A stretch of DNA of 64,000 bases, taken from contig OX597831.1 in NCBI GenBank assembly GCA_951406725.2, forward strand, positions 82,708,001 to 82,772,000, given 5' to 3'. The DNA comes from Octopus vulgaris. Taxonomy: Eukaryota. The notes beneath the pieces were generated by a model. It searched no databases, was not told the origin of the DNA, and saw only the letters and a list, made by a program, of their open reading frames with translations. Positions 51,835 to 64,000 of the stretch are shown here, in pieces. The position numbers and the translations under genes are program-made. Each line of letters begins with the position of its first letter. Position 1 is the first letter of the stretch.

Positions 51835-52266
51835 GGATCTTTTCAGTTTGATCGGCAGTTTTTAAAATAATTTCCACATAACTAAACACTTTTAAACTTC
51901 GTATCCTGGTAGAATGTGTTTATAAAACATCTTTTTCTCTTGGCTTTATCGAGAAAATTCTATGGTTTGTAAGATATTTGTTGTTTTTTTTCTTCAATTT
52001 CTGTAATTTCAACCAATCAATGACGTCTCTTGAGGTGAAAACATTCTGTGCCGTATGAATATATCCCTCGTTTAAGAAACATATTGAGTTTATTTACATT
52101 TCTGAAGAAAAAAAGATACCCTTCTCCCCACCCTTAACCCTAACCCTTACTAACCCTAACCCTAAAACAGATTGAAATGCAATAGATCGATACTAGGGTC
52201 ATAATTATGGGTGACAATTTTATATGACACCGCTAGAAGAAACTGCCATTCAAACCGAAAAGATCC
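51835..52266. mobile_element. MITE with ~28-bp TIRs, an ~8-bp TSD and internal telomere-like repeats
   Basis: GGATCTTTTCAGTTTGATCGGCAGTTT ... AAACTGCCATTCAAACCGAAAAGATCC; flanks CAACAGAA and CAACAGAG; (CCCTAA)-like array at 52131-52165. Confidence 0.85.
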
Positions 52267-52738
52267 CAACAGAGTCTCCTCCCCACCACACACACACCAC
52301 CATCCACTACCAACAAGAAAAACCACAATAAACAAACACTTGACCACCTACATTAGATGGAAGAGGAATTTTACTTCAGCAGTAAAACTATCTCCCAACA
52401 ACAAAACACCTCCTACCTACGGACCACCACCACCACCACCACCACCACCACCAGCAGCAGCAGCAGCAGCAGCCAACAACAACAACAACAACAACGACGA
52501 AATAATTCTAACAATGGAACAAGAAGTTCCTGTCTGTCACTGGAAATCTGATCTTAGTCCAAGCGATCAAATATTGGGAATGTCTGCAGCAGGATGAGTT
52601 CAAAGCTAAAGATAGCAGCTGTTTTGTGAATACATTTTACTAATCATAGACAGATGTTTATGATGTTTATATCATTTGTAGAAATATATAAATCCAGTGG
52701 AGAAGCACACTCTGAGACAGAGCAGTTAATATTATAAT

Positions 52739-53011
52739 GGGGGCCAGTTTATGGGGTTACCCTAGCTTTCTCACTCAAAAGGGGTTTAGCCTTACAGTGT
52801 ATCTTCAGTCCTCAAACACTGCTGGCCTAAGACCTCTTCCAAATATGGAGGGGGAAATGCCTCTCTATAAAAGTAAGCATTAGTTGATTATCTCCCTTTG
52901 CCATTCGTCATTGACCGCAAGGTGGCAGCACAGTCGAAGCGCAAAGATACGCTGTAAGACTAAAACCTTTATGAGCAAGAAACCCAAAGAAACCCCATAA
53001 ACCTGGCCCCT
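52739..53011. mobile_element. MITE with ~65-bp imperfect TIRs
   Basis: GGGGGCCAGTTTATGGGGTT...TTAGCCTTACAGTGTATCTT pairs with AAGATACGCTGTAAGACTAA...AACCCCATAAACCTGGCCCCT; ATTATAAT on both flanks. Confidence 0.8.
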
Positions 53012-53289
53012 ATTATAATATATATGTGTATGTGTGTGTATGCATTTGTATATATATATATGTGTGTATATAGATATACATATCCATATATGAAGATGTA
53101 ATATCATCTGAGCGAGAGTGTAATAGCATGCTTTCCGAAGCTCCTCCACAGATTTTGGCTACCTTATGCTATCATACAACAGGGAATCTCCTTTCATTGG
53201 ATATATAAGTGGAAATCCTTTCATATCTGCAGAGTTCATACAAAAAGATTATTAAACAAGCAGATAGAATGAAGAAGCATTAATCTAAA

Positions 53290-53394
53290 TCACTACAATT
53301 GTTTTTGTGCATCAGTGTCAGTTGGTAATTGCTTGGTGTTTCATATATTATGCCCATTACTGCATTCGTTGTATACCTGCACATCTTCAGGTGA
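53290..53394 (-). ncRNA. Degenerate Penelope-type hammerhead motif
   Basis: Minus strand TCAC-CTGAAGA-TGTGCA...TGCACA-AAAA-CAATTG-TA-GTGA; all stems present but GAAA reads AAAA. Confidence 0.5.
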
Positions 53395-53832
53395 GTAGTT
53401 TCTAAGCCACTGCTGGATCATCTAATTTCCCATTGTTTTGTACTCTTATTCTACTTTTAGTTGACTAAGAGCAACACAGAAATACAAAGAGATATAAATT
53501 AGAAGAAAAAAAAGCCTGTTCATTCCATTTTCTTGTTTTATAATTTTTGACTATGAAGATGTGTATGTGTGTGTTTGTAATATGTGTGTAAACACACACA
53601 CATATATTCATATGTATATATATATGTGTGATACACACATATATGTATATACATATATATGTGTATATGTGTATATAACGGGAAGGTTTACGAAAATAAA
53701 CATAAGACGAAGGCAGGTGGAGTACAAACAAACAAATGTATTAGTATGGCGCTCATATATATGTGTGTATATGTACATACACACATATTGCACACACATA
53801 CACATCTTCATTTGTGTGCATATGTATGTATG

Positions 53833-53872
<40 letters not shown>

Positions 53873-54073
53873 TATATATACACACACATATATACACACA
53901 CACACACACATATATATATATAAACATACATATAGAAATTTGTGTAATACACACACACACACACACATAATGCAGCTATCTGAGGAGTGGTTAATATAGT
54001 TTTGTGCCAACCAAAACCTTTATTGAATTAAACAGATTCATCAACAATTCATCAGATTGTGCATGTGTGTATG

Positions 54074-54136
54074 TATATGCATATATGTAAATATATATAT
54101 ATGTACGGATATATCTATACATATATCATCATCATC

Positions 54137-54174
<38 letters not shown>

Positions 54175-54357
54175 CCGGATATATCTATACACACAATGGA
54201 AAATACTTGTTATAACCATGGAAAATATTATCAAATAATTATTGTTATCAAATTCAGTGAATTAGAAACTAATTACTTAACGTTATCATCTGGTTATTTC
54301 TGTTGACAAAGCATCACCCCATTATGATTAGAATAACCAGTTTCTATGATATATACA

Positions 54358-54422
<65 letters not shown>

Positions 54423-54487
54423 GTTGATGATGATATATGTATAGATATATCCGTACATATATATATATATTTACATATATGCATATA
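54074..54487. repeat. ~100-bp near-perfect inverted repeat with an ~210-bp spacer
   Basis: 54074-54174 is the reverse complement of 54387-54487, including the non-microsatellite core GTACGGATATATCTATACATATATCATCATC. Confidence 0.85.
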
Positions 54488-55047
54488 TATGTTTGTTTTT
54501 ATGCTCAATTATAATAAAAACCATTTTACTTTAACCTTTGGCTTAGTCTCTACTTTTGTTGAGTCCAATGATAATTTCGTTGGCTGAAACTTTCCCTGTC
54601 AACAACATTCTTGTATAAGAATAATATATGTGTGTGTGTCTACATGCACACAAACATACACTCACAGACATACACACACACACATATATATATATATGTA
54701 CATATGTGTGTGTATATAATACACAGACACAAATGCATATACACATATACATATGTTCACACACTTAAACATATTACCAAAGACAATTGTTAATTATCAA
54801 GAAACAACACATTTCCTGATGAATGAACTTCAGATTTGGATGTTACTAGATTTGGTATATTCCCTGAAAATTGTGTAGAACATCTTAATTAGGGTATTGC
54901 CTCCTTAAATAGGGAGCCTACAGCCAGCTCTGGTATATTTCTGATTGACTTCAATGCTGTGGGGACAAACTGGGAAACTGTTAGGAGATTGGGTATCTGG
55001 GTATTGTTGCAAGTTTATATAGGGATGTTTGTGTCTTTTTGTCAGGC

Positions 55048-55095
<48 letters not shown>

Positions 55096-55489
55096 TGGAG
55101 GGAGAGAGATGGAAGGAGAGAGATGCTACCTTTCTAGTGTGGCACTTTCTTTCACAATAGGAAGGACTTAGTTATTTCAGTTACTCTAACAACTTTCAAT
55201 CAACATCTTTTTAATCCACAAAATCCTATCCTAAGGGATACGTCATTAGTTTTATATTCCATGTTGTTAATTTTAATTCTAATCAGGAATTAAACAGAAT
55301 TTTTCATAATAAAAGAGAAATGTTGCAATTTTATAATTCCAGGTGTTAAATACAGAAAAAAACAGTTGTGTAGAAGACAAGAGAGAAAGAAAGTTTGTTT
55401 GGAAACAGAACTATTTCTTGCATGAGTCTTATCAGCTATGTCAAGATTATACACACATAGATATACATTTATGTATAGTTTATATAGAC

Positions 55490-55655
55490 TTTGTTGGCAT
55501 TAGGAAGAGCATCCATCCATAGAAACCATGCCAAAACAGACAAATGGAGCCCAGGCAGCCCTGAAGCTGACCAACTGCTGTCAAACTGTCCAACCCATGC
55601 CAACATGGAGAGTGGACTTTAAAAGATGATGATGATGATGATGATGATGATGATA
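55490..55655 (+). mobile_element. RTE-associated 3' tail module
   Basis: GTTGGCATTAGGAAGAGCATCC...CCAACCCATGCCAACATGG...(GAT)n. Confidence 0.75.
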
Positions 55656-56509
55656 TGCACTTTTACATTTTACAGACAAAAAAAAATACATTATCTAACA
55701 CAATCTTAAAAATTGTTTTAACAGCAATATTTAAAGATCTGTTCTTCATAGATATCAATTGTCAATTAAGGGTTAGTAATTAAATTATGGTTTGTGCAGT
55801 GTGAAGTGTATGAAAAGGTTACACAACCCCACAGGACTGGACAATGGTCTGTTGGAAGTAACTTTGTTTCATGGCACCAAATGAAATCTGATATTCTGAA
55901 TAATGTTGAGGGTTAGGGAGAAGATGGTGGGTATAAGAGGGAGAAGTGGAAGGGACTGCAGAACAAGGGGGAGGGGGACTTTGGTATAAGAGAGATAGAA
56001 AGAGGCGGGGAGGGGCTTTGGTAAGACTCTGCTTCTGGGTCTCTGGGAGAATCTAGATTTCAACAGAAGCTCCCTTCCATGAGTAGGACAGAAAAATATA
56101 CAAAGGTTTGGGACAAGTCAAAAAGGAAATGGGATACACAACAGTAAATTAGATAATTACTAGTTTAGTAGATTGTAAATAATTAACAGAAATATGTTAA
56201 TTAGAGTTGTTGCTAATTTAAAGGAAACTTTCATACATTGATTAAAGTTACTGATTTAACTGAAGATAAATATTGCAGTAATTAATGTTTATCATTTCTT
56301 TTTATATAATTTAATAATTGAAGGTTTAATAATTAATAAAAAATTCCATGCAAATTCCTCGATTGAATTGGGAGATTTGTTAATTTAGATTGCGAAATGG
56401 TTTACTACTAAGTGACTGTTAAATGTGAGAGTCAATGCTTATTGATTATCCATTGATCTCAATATTATTATCTCCTCAGCGAGAGTGTATTTCTAGTTGT
56501 GGTTACCTC

Positions 56510-56542
<33 letters not shown>

Positions 56543-58243
56543 GAGAGGAAGAGAGAGAAAGAAAGTGAGAGATAAAGAGAGAGAGAGAGAGCTGTTTGAA
56601 GTAGCTGACATCTTGCATGTTCTCCATTTATCAAAAGAAATGGTCCCATTATTGAAGAGAGAGAGAGAGAGAGATGGAATGGTGATACGCTTCTTTACAC
56701 TGCACACAATCTATCAACACACAATGGCTGACTGTATTACATAAATGGAGGATTCTTGTTGATTCACAGCTCTCCTCTCCACTGTATTATGACAGTTGTA
56801 ATTATGATGGCAATTGTGTCAATCAATGACTTGGTTAATTTCTCTGATATAAAACTGATTGATGGTCGGAGAACATAATGGGGGAATTGCTATACTGAGA
56901 ACAAAACCAATACAAATAGAAGTGACAGCAGGTAGCAGTATAAATAGAACTGGTAGTGGTGGTGGTGGTGGTGGTAGTATAACTGTAGTTGATAACTGTT
57001 ATAGCAGCAGTATAATTTAATGCATATCAAAAAATGGTCTCAACATTGTTTCAGCTTCTTTTCCTTTAGATTAAGGTTGTCTAATCATACACTGTGTCAA
57101 GTGGTTACTGAAAGAAAAAAAAGGGGGGGGCATACACCTAGGTATGCACTGACAGATATATGGCATGGCTTATAACTGGGATAGCACTGACTGATATATC
57201 ACACGGAATATCACTATAATATCTCTAGATATATCAACAAATATATACATATAATATCTCTACATACATTGACAGATATACCAGTAATGTCTCAAGATAT
57301 ATCAACACAAATATTACAAGGAATTTACCAAATATCACTAAATAGACGACCAACAGATGTCACTAAAAACTTGCAGCTAAATTCAACAAGTTTCACCAAA
57401 ACTGAGGCAGTGGAATTAATCCTTACTTTAGTCTCGACTTTAAAATTAGTTTATACAGCAGAATTAGCTGTATAAACTCTTTAACTTTTTCTGCTCAATC
57501 AATTAATTTTGATAAATGTTCTTGTTTATTGTAAAAGAGAAGAAAGCAAGAACTGAAAAAAATAGACAAAAGTAAGCAAAAAACAGAATATTTTTGAGTC
57601 AGAATTCCCAATTTTTTTGAGTTGTCCAAGACAGGAATATTCATGAACAGTAAATTGAAGACAACATGAAGTTAGGAGAATAATCTAAAGTGTTAGTAAA
57701 GACTAAGAAGAACATTGCTTCAAGTATTTAATAAAACTGTCAGTGTTGATAGGAATGCCGAACACTTTCGCCTGATTTCTCATCTTATTTAAATTTTTTT
57801 CAATTGAATTTCATCGACAAAAACTTGCTCAATTGATTGGCTTTCTTCTCTTTCTTTTCTGGCTTTGTCTTAAGATTGATCAAATCAAAACTAATAAGTC
57901 AAATTGATATCCTTGCCATTTTGTATTAACCCCACCACCACCAGTCATTATTCTACATCAATCAATACATCACATGGTTAAGGTTTACATCAAATCTGTA
58001 AAAGACAAATACAAAAAAAAAAGCCAAACCAACATAAAAAGTGAAGGATCACTTGAAGAGTAAATGTAGTAACCTGTTGATTGTTGATATAAGCAGTGTT
58101 TGGCAGGAAAGGGAGTGGCGCGGGGGGGGGGGGGGCTGGTAAATAAATACAAGCTTAAGAAAATACTGTTTGAAGTGAGTGATGTCACTTATTTGTGATG
58201 TATGTGTCTCTGAAGACTTGTTTCTGTAATTCACTGATTAGAC

Positions 58244-58285
<42 letters not shown>

Positions 58286-58918
58286 AAACACTGACATTAG
58301 CTCAGACAGTTTGGCTGTTAAAAGCTGTCTATGAAATGGTTAATAATCCCAGTGTTGCCATGTTTCAAAGCTAACACCCCCACCCACCCCCCCGCTGTGG
58401 TTAACCCCCAGCCCCACTCACCTGCCACCACAATGACCATTTAATGATTCTCTCAACTCATTGTTCCAACAGAATCAGTTTCACTTACACAAAACACCAG
58501 TCTTTTACTTTCACTTTCTAATTTTGATGCCATTCAAATAGAAATAGTAACTGTTTCATGCTGTTTTTTGCATGTATGTGTATGTGTGTGTATGTGTTAT
58601 GTACGTGTATCTGTGTGTGTGTATGTACTCTTAGTTTGTAAGGTTTAGAATGTGTTTTGGAAGCAGTCCCATGCAAATAAAAAAGCCTGGACTCTTTCTT
58701 CGTCCCCAGTAAACAGTCGGCATCCATTTCTGTGTTTCCAATGAGGAAGATTGTAACAATCTTCTGAGAAGCCATAAAGAGTAAATATTAAAGACACATT
58801 CTCTACAAAGGAATACTCTGAGTAATGACACACAGTTTCAACAATTGTTAACTAATCTCATAAACAGGAACTCAACAACTACCGCTATCAATCACAGCAC
58901 AAGAATGGAACGGTACAG

Positions 58919-59380
<462 letters not shown>

Positions 59381-59985
59381 ATATATATATGCTTCTCTCT
59401 CTCTATATATATATATAGTATTAATAAAATGTGTAATTGACTTTATTGGGTACAACACACACCCGAAGAGACCCTGAACAGGTCAAAACACATGTTGTAC
59501 CCAATAAAATCTATTACACATTCCATCTCCTATTTTATCAATTCTGTTACCCCAACCACCACAACAAAGTTTCTGCAATAAATCTACGGATAACAGCAGC
59601 GAATCGAAACTGTGTCAGCGCTTTACTCATCATCTATTTATACATGTTGTATAATTTCTTCATTATATACGTGTGTGGGTGGGTGTGTGTGTGTGTGTGT
59701 GCTTATGTTTTTTATCATGATCATCATTTTATGTCCATTTTCCATACTGGCACACACACACACACACACACATTGTTACATCTCAAAGACAGCTGCATCT
59801 TAACATAAAAATCTAAAGAAACATAACAATCTCTTGAATTCCTGTCTTCAGCTACAATCACAGACTTGCTCCACTAATTTACAATGTATTTGTGTTCTGG
59901 TGTGGAGAACATCTGTCTGTCTGTCTGTCTATTTGAGTTTACATGTTTAAGTAAGTGAAAGGAAATCATTATGTAATATTGGTCA

Positions 59986-60050
59986 CATGGTGATGGTGGT
60001 GATGGTGGTGATGGTGGTGATGGTGGTGATGGTGGTGATGGTGGTGATGG
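59986..60050. repeat. 9-bp repeat (TGGTGATGG)n
   Basis: About 7 units. Confidence 0.9.
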
Positions 60051-60205
60051 CGGTCGATAGAGTTGAAGAAACTCTGTGAATAGTAAATGAAGAGATCCTG
60101 CCATATATTTCGATGTTATATTTATGGAAATCACAAGAATGGCAGCAAGATTTCTACAAATAACTCTTGAGATGATTAAACTGTTGTCAATGATCACATG
60201 CCCAC

Positions 60206-60249
<44 letters not shown>

Positions 60250-60475
60250 CCTTGCTCCGTTGTAGGAAAGATGTTTATTATACATACATACATACTTGTT
60301 CCACGCACATATTTGTACACACATATATGTGTGTATACATTTGTATACACACACACAGACACACACACACATATGCACAAACACACACACATACACAAAC
60401 ACACACACACACATACACAAACACACACACACGCAAACACACACACACACGCAAACACACACACACACATATACA

Positions 60476-60507
<32 letters not shown>

Positions 60508-61614
60508 TACACAAACACACACACACATACACACACACACACAAACACACATACATACACAAACACACACAGTACTGATAATAGTTTTATGGTCACAAAG
60601 TTACTTTTTAACTTTGTGGTTACAAGTTCCATTCCTTTGGCCATGTGTTTTCTACGATAACTTTAAACTGACCAATGCATTGTGAATGGAATTTGGTCAG
60701 TGGAAACTGTACAGAAGCCTATTGTGTGTGTGTGTGTGTGTGTGTGTGTGCATATGTGTAGGTGTTTATTTCTGCATGCTTTCACACTGAGGACATTTAA
60801 GCAAGATCAATGTCGGCAGCATGTGTGTCCTGAAGTTCAGGGATTTTGTTGGTTTCAAGTAAAGCAGAATGGCATGAAGGCAAAAGGGGTCATGGTTGGG
60901 GAGAGGAAAAGCATCTGGCTTTGGGAATATTGCCTGATTAAGTCTTAGCTGACCCATGCCATTATGGAAACGTGAATGTGGTGGTGGTGGTGTGTACGTG
61001 TAACTGTAGCATCATCAGCATCATCATCAACATTTTCTACATCAGTTTATCCATGCTGCCAAAATTTAGAGAGGACATCTCTTTTGGTCATCTTAAACAA
61101 ACAAACAATAACAACAAAACCAGCCCCTATTTATTGGTGGGTGATGGCCTGGAAGTGTGTTCATTTCAAACTGGCAGAGCAAGACAGGTTGACAAGAGAA
61201 GCAAACAATTTCTATGTAGAAGAATCAGAATTTCAGGAATTTAAAACATAACAAATAGGAAATTTTAACCATTGGAAAATTAAAAAATTTAGAATCTAAA
61301 AGATAAAAATAAAATTGCAACAAATGTTTTTAAAAATTAATTTTGAATTGAAAAAATTTCACTTAGTAAAAAAAAAAAAGTGCTGAATTGGAAATTAAAA
61401 GCAACCACAAAAATAAAAAAAATAATAAATGAAACATGCCAAAAAAACAATGTTCTGTGGAAATGTAAGAGTGTAGAAATAAGTCTGAAGTATTAATTAG
61501 ATATATAATAAGGGGGTTGTTAATTAAATGTATAATAATATGAGGTGGAGGTTGTAAAATGGTAGAGGTGAAGATATTGGCAAGATATAGGAAAATATAA
61601 TTTTATAATTAGAC

Positions 61615-61835
61615 ACGGAGCCATTGTGTGGCATTTTGGTCTAATGTCTTCTGTGACATTCCCAGTCTCAGCGATGCTATGTGAGTAGATTTGGTAGGTG
61701 GAAACTGTGTCATAGAAGTGAATTTGTTTTTGTCATATCAGACTTTAAAAAAAAAACTTAGGTACCAGGGTGTATTTTTTTATTAAAACCCTTCAAAGTG
61801 GTCCTAGCACAGCTGCAGCCCAAAGTAAAAAAGAT
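61615..61835 (+). mobile_element. SINE family A, old degenerate copy
   Basis: TGTGAGTAGATTTGGTAGGTGGAAACTG and a CCTAGCACAGCTGCAG tail. Confidence 0.5.
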
Positions 61836-62162
61836 GTATTCCACAGGTCAACAAAATAACTTTTTTTTCAGTTTTCAAAATATTTGGACCTGAACTTAGG
61901 ATTTTTTGACACAAAGAACCCCAAAACAGCATCTATTTACTACCAAGATTTTAAGATACAAGATCCATAGAATTTTATAGTTTCTTAAAAAAACCCCAGC
62001 TTATACATCAATATACATATGCATACACAAACACACTCATACACACACACACACACACACATATATATATGTATGTACGTATGTATATGCATGCTCATGC
62101 CAACATGGAAAACAGATGTTAAATGATGATGATGATGATGTTGATATACATACATATATATA

Positions 62163-62585
62163 TATCATCATTTAACAACTGCTTTCCATGCTGGCATGGG
62201 TTGGACAGTTTGACAGGAGGTGGTCAGCTGGAGAGCTGTCCAGACTCCAACAGTCTGTTTCAGTATGGTCTCTATGGCTGGATGCCCTTCCTAATGCCAA
62301 CCACTTATCAGAGTGGACTGAGTGCTTTTTACATGCCACCAGCATAGATACATTTTTACATGGTACCAGCATCTGCAAGACAAAACCCTCTCATCTGGAA
62401 GGAGTCGGGGGGGGGGGCATGGACATAAAGGATATGCCTATGTGTATGGAAGACAGGGATTTCATTGAGCTTGACGTGTATTCTCAATTACAGTGAAACA
62501 CCACAACTCCTGCTCCCAGCATCTGAAGATCCTTTCTCACCACTCCATCCCACGTATTCCTGCTTTCTGGGACAGGAGAGTGTGA
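62163..62585 (-). mobile_element. Degenerate RTE LINE 3' end
   Basis: RNTWDGVVRKDLQML C-terminus plus the GGAAGGGCATCCAGCC tail and (GAT)n. Confidence 0.75.
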
Positions 62586-62667
62586 AGATGGTGTGTGTGT
62601 GTGTGCATGTGATATATATACATACACGCACATATATACATGTATATATATATACATATATATAAAA

Positions 62668-62702
<35 letters not shown>

Positions 62703-62851
62703 GTTGGAATTTACAACAAAACAAAAGACGAAGACAGGTGTATAAACAACAAACAGCTGTATTAGTTTAATGCTCAGGAAAGTGAGAGTGTTTCATGTTT
62801 CAAGCCTATGCTCTTCAACAGAAAGGAACATGAGGAAATGTATATGTGTGC

Positions 62852-62884
<33 letters not shown>

Positions 62885-64000
62885 CTGTTTAACTTTTATG
62901 ATGCAATTGTAGGCAATATTTTAAATTTATATGACATATGATTACGACGTAGAATTATATTTCACCTCAAATATCTGGGTTGATCTAAATTTGCCCATAA
63001 TTTCAAGTCAAAAGGTTGTTTTTCTTATTCTATAAAGATATTATGTTAACTTTGGTATATTACTGACATAGAACAGTTAACTTCTTCTTAAGATGGTGGG
63101 AGGAGTAAAAGAAAGTTTAGATTTCACAAACTAGAGGAAGAAATTGTTCTTGTTTTATGCCAAGTCATCTCTGATAAACCATGGCTATCTGGTTCATTTT
63201 CTTTCAGACACACAGTTTTATCTACCATGTTCTTCCTTTCAAAACACAAGAAATATGTATTTTGAGGGACATTTGGCTGCTATTTATGGCAGTTCAAGCA
63301 ACCACATATTTCTTCATTGGCAAAATTGGAAATTGGCACAAACATGTTGCTGTTTGTGCCAAGTCATCACAAAATCCAAATCTTAGAAAATGAAATGAAA
63401 TTTTCCATTTCTCAAAACTACACACACACACACACACACACACGCGTATGTAGATCCACACACTGAAATACTTGAGTAAAATTGAAATTTTACTCAAAAT
63501 AAAAATTCTTAATTAATTTTTATCCAAAACTCTTTGAAACTCATTCTAACGATGTATCATGTCAGAAATATCTAAAATAAGATTAAAAAAGAAAACTAAT
63601 TTTAAAAAATGCAAACAAATAAATAAAAAAATATTTTCTCCTCTTGAAAGATAATAAAAATTTTATTTGATAAATTATTTTGAAAAAATGTTTCTAAATC
63701 AGTAAATATGTGAGATTTATGCTGAAATATCTTTATCAAGCACATGTTGTGTGTGTGTGTGTGTGTGTGTGTGTGCATACATGTAACATTACACGTATAC
63801 ATACAAGCCTACCTGTATACACACATGCATAGAAATATATGTACACACACACACACAGAGTATAGACTCTCAACGACAAAGCAACAGTATTTAATTATGT
63901 GAGAAAATATTTTGTTTAAGTTTTGCGCTCGTTAATAATTCTTGAAAAAAATTTTCTTTTCAACAGAACTCTTCAATTCTTAAGATGGACTTTTGACATC

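Noticed and set aside
52131-52165. Telomere or chromosome-fusion relic
   Set aside because: Short, degenerate and enclosed within a MITE's TIRs.
56140-56470. Dense TAAT/TAATTA homeodomain-like sites as an enhancer (also ~12960-13060, ~25840-25900)
   Set aside because: Expected at this AT content; cannot be supported without conservation or chromatin data.

Overview
AT-rich, microsatellite-dense eukaryotic DNA, either intronic or intergenic. The SINE/LINE repertoire looks like an octopod (Octopus-type) genome; this comes from my recollection of those repeats, not from a search. I find no host protein-coding gene I can support, only one or two weak splice-bounded exon candidates. Nearly all long ORFs are microsatellite artefacts or transposon fragments. 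Main contents: (1) a head-to-tail pile-up of about four families of R4/Dong-type restriction-endonuclease LINEs linked mostly by (TAA)n tracts at about 29.5-38 kb, including one nearly full-length frameshifted copy; (2) RTE, CR1-group and L1/Tx1 LINE fragments, including a 245-bp RTE insertion with an inverted RT segment inside a perfect 12-bp TSD and an RTE 3' end carrying tandem C2H2 fingers; (3) several tRNA-derived SINE families, two of which share 3' tails with LINEs in this window; (4) an internally deleted Chapaev3-like transposon with CAC/GTG ends and a TTA TSD, two Tc1/mariner remnants and two MITEs, one with telomere-like repeats and one with a CTCF-like motif; (5) Penelope-like remnants carrying type-I hammerhead ribozyme motifs, one with an intact core; (6) several fold-back structures that may have arisen by template switching. 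All family names come from motif recognition by eye.
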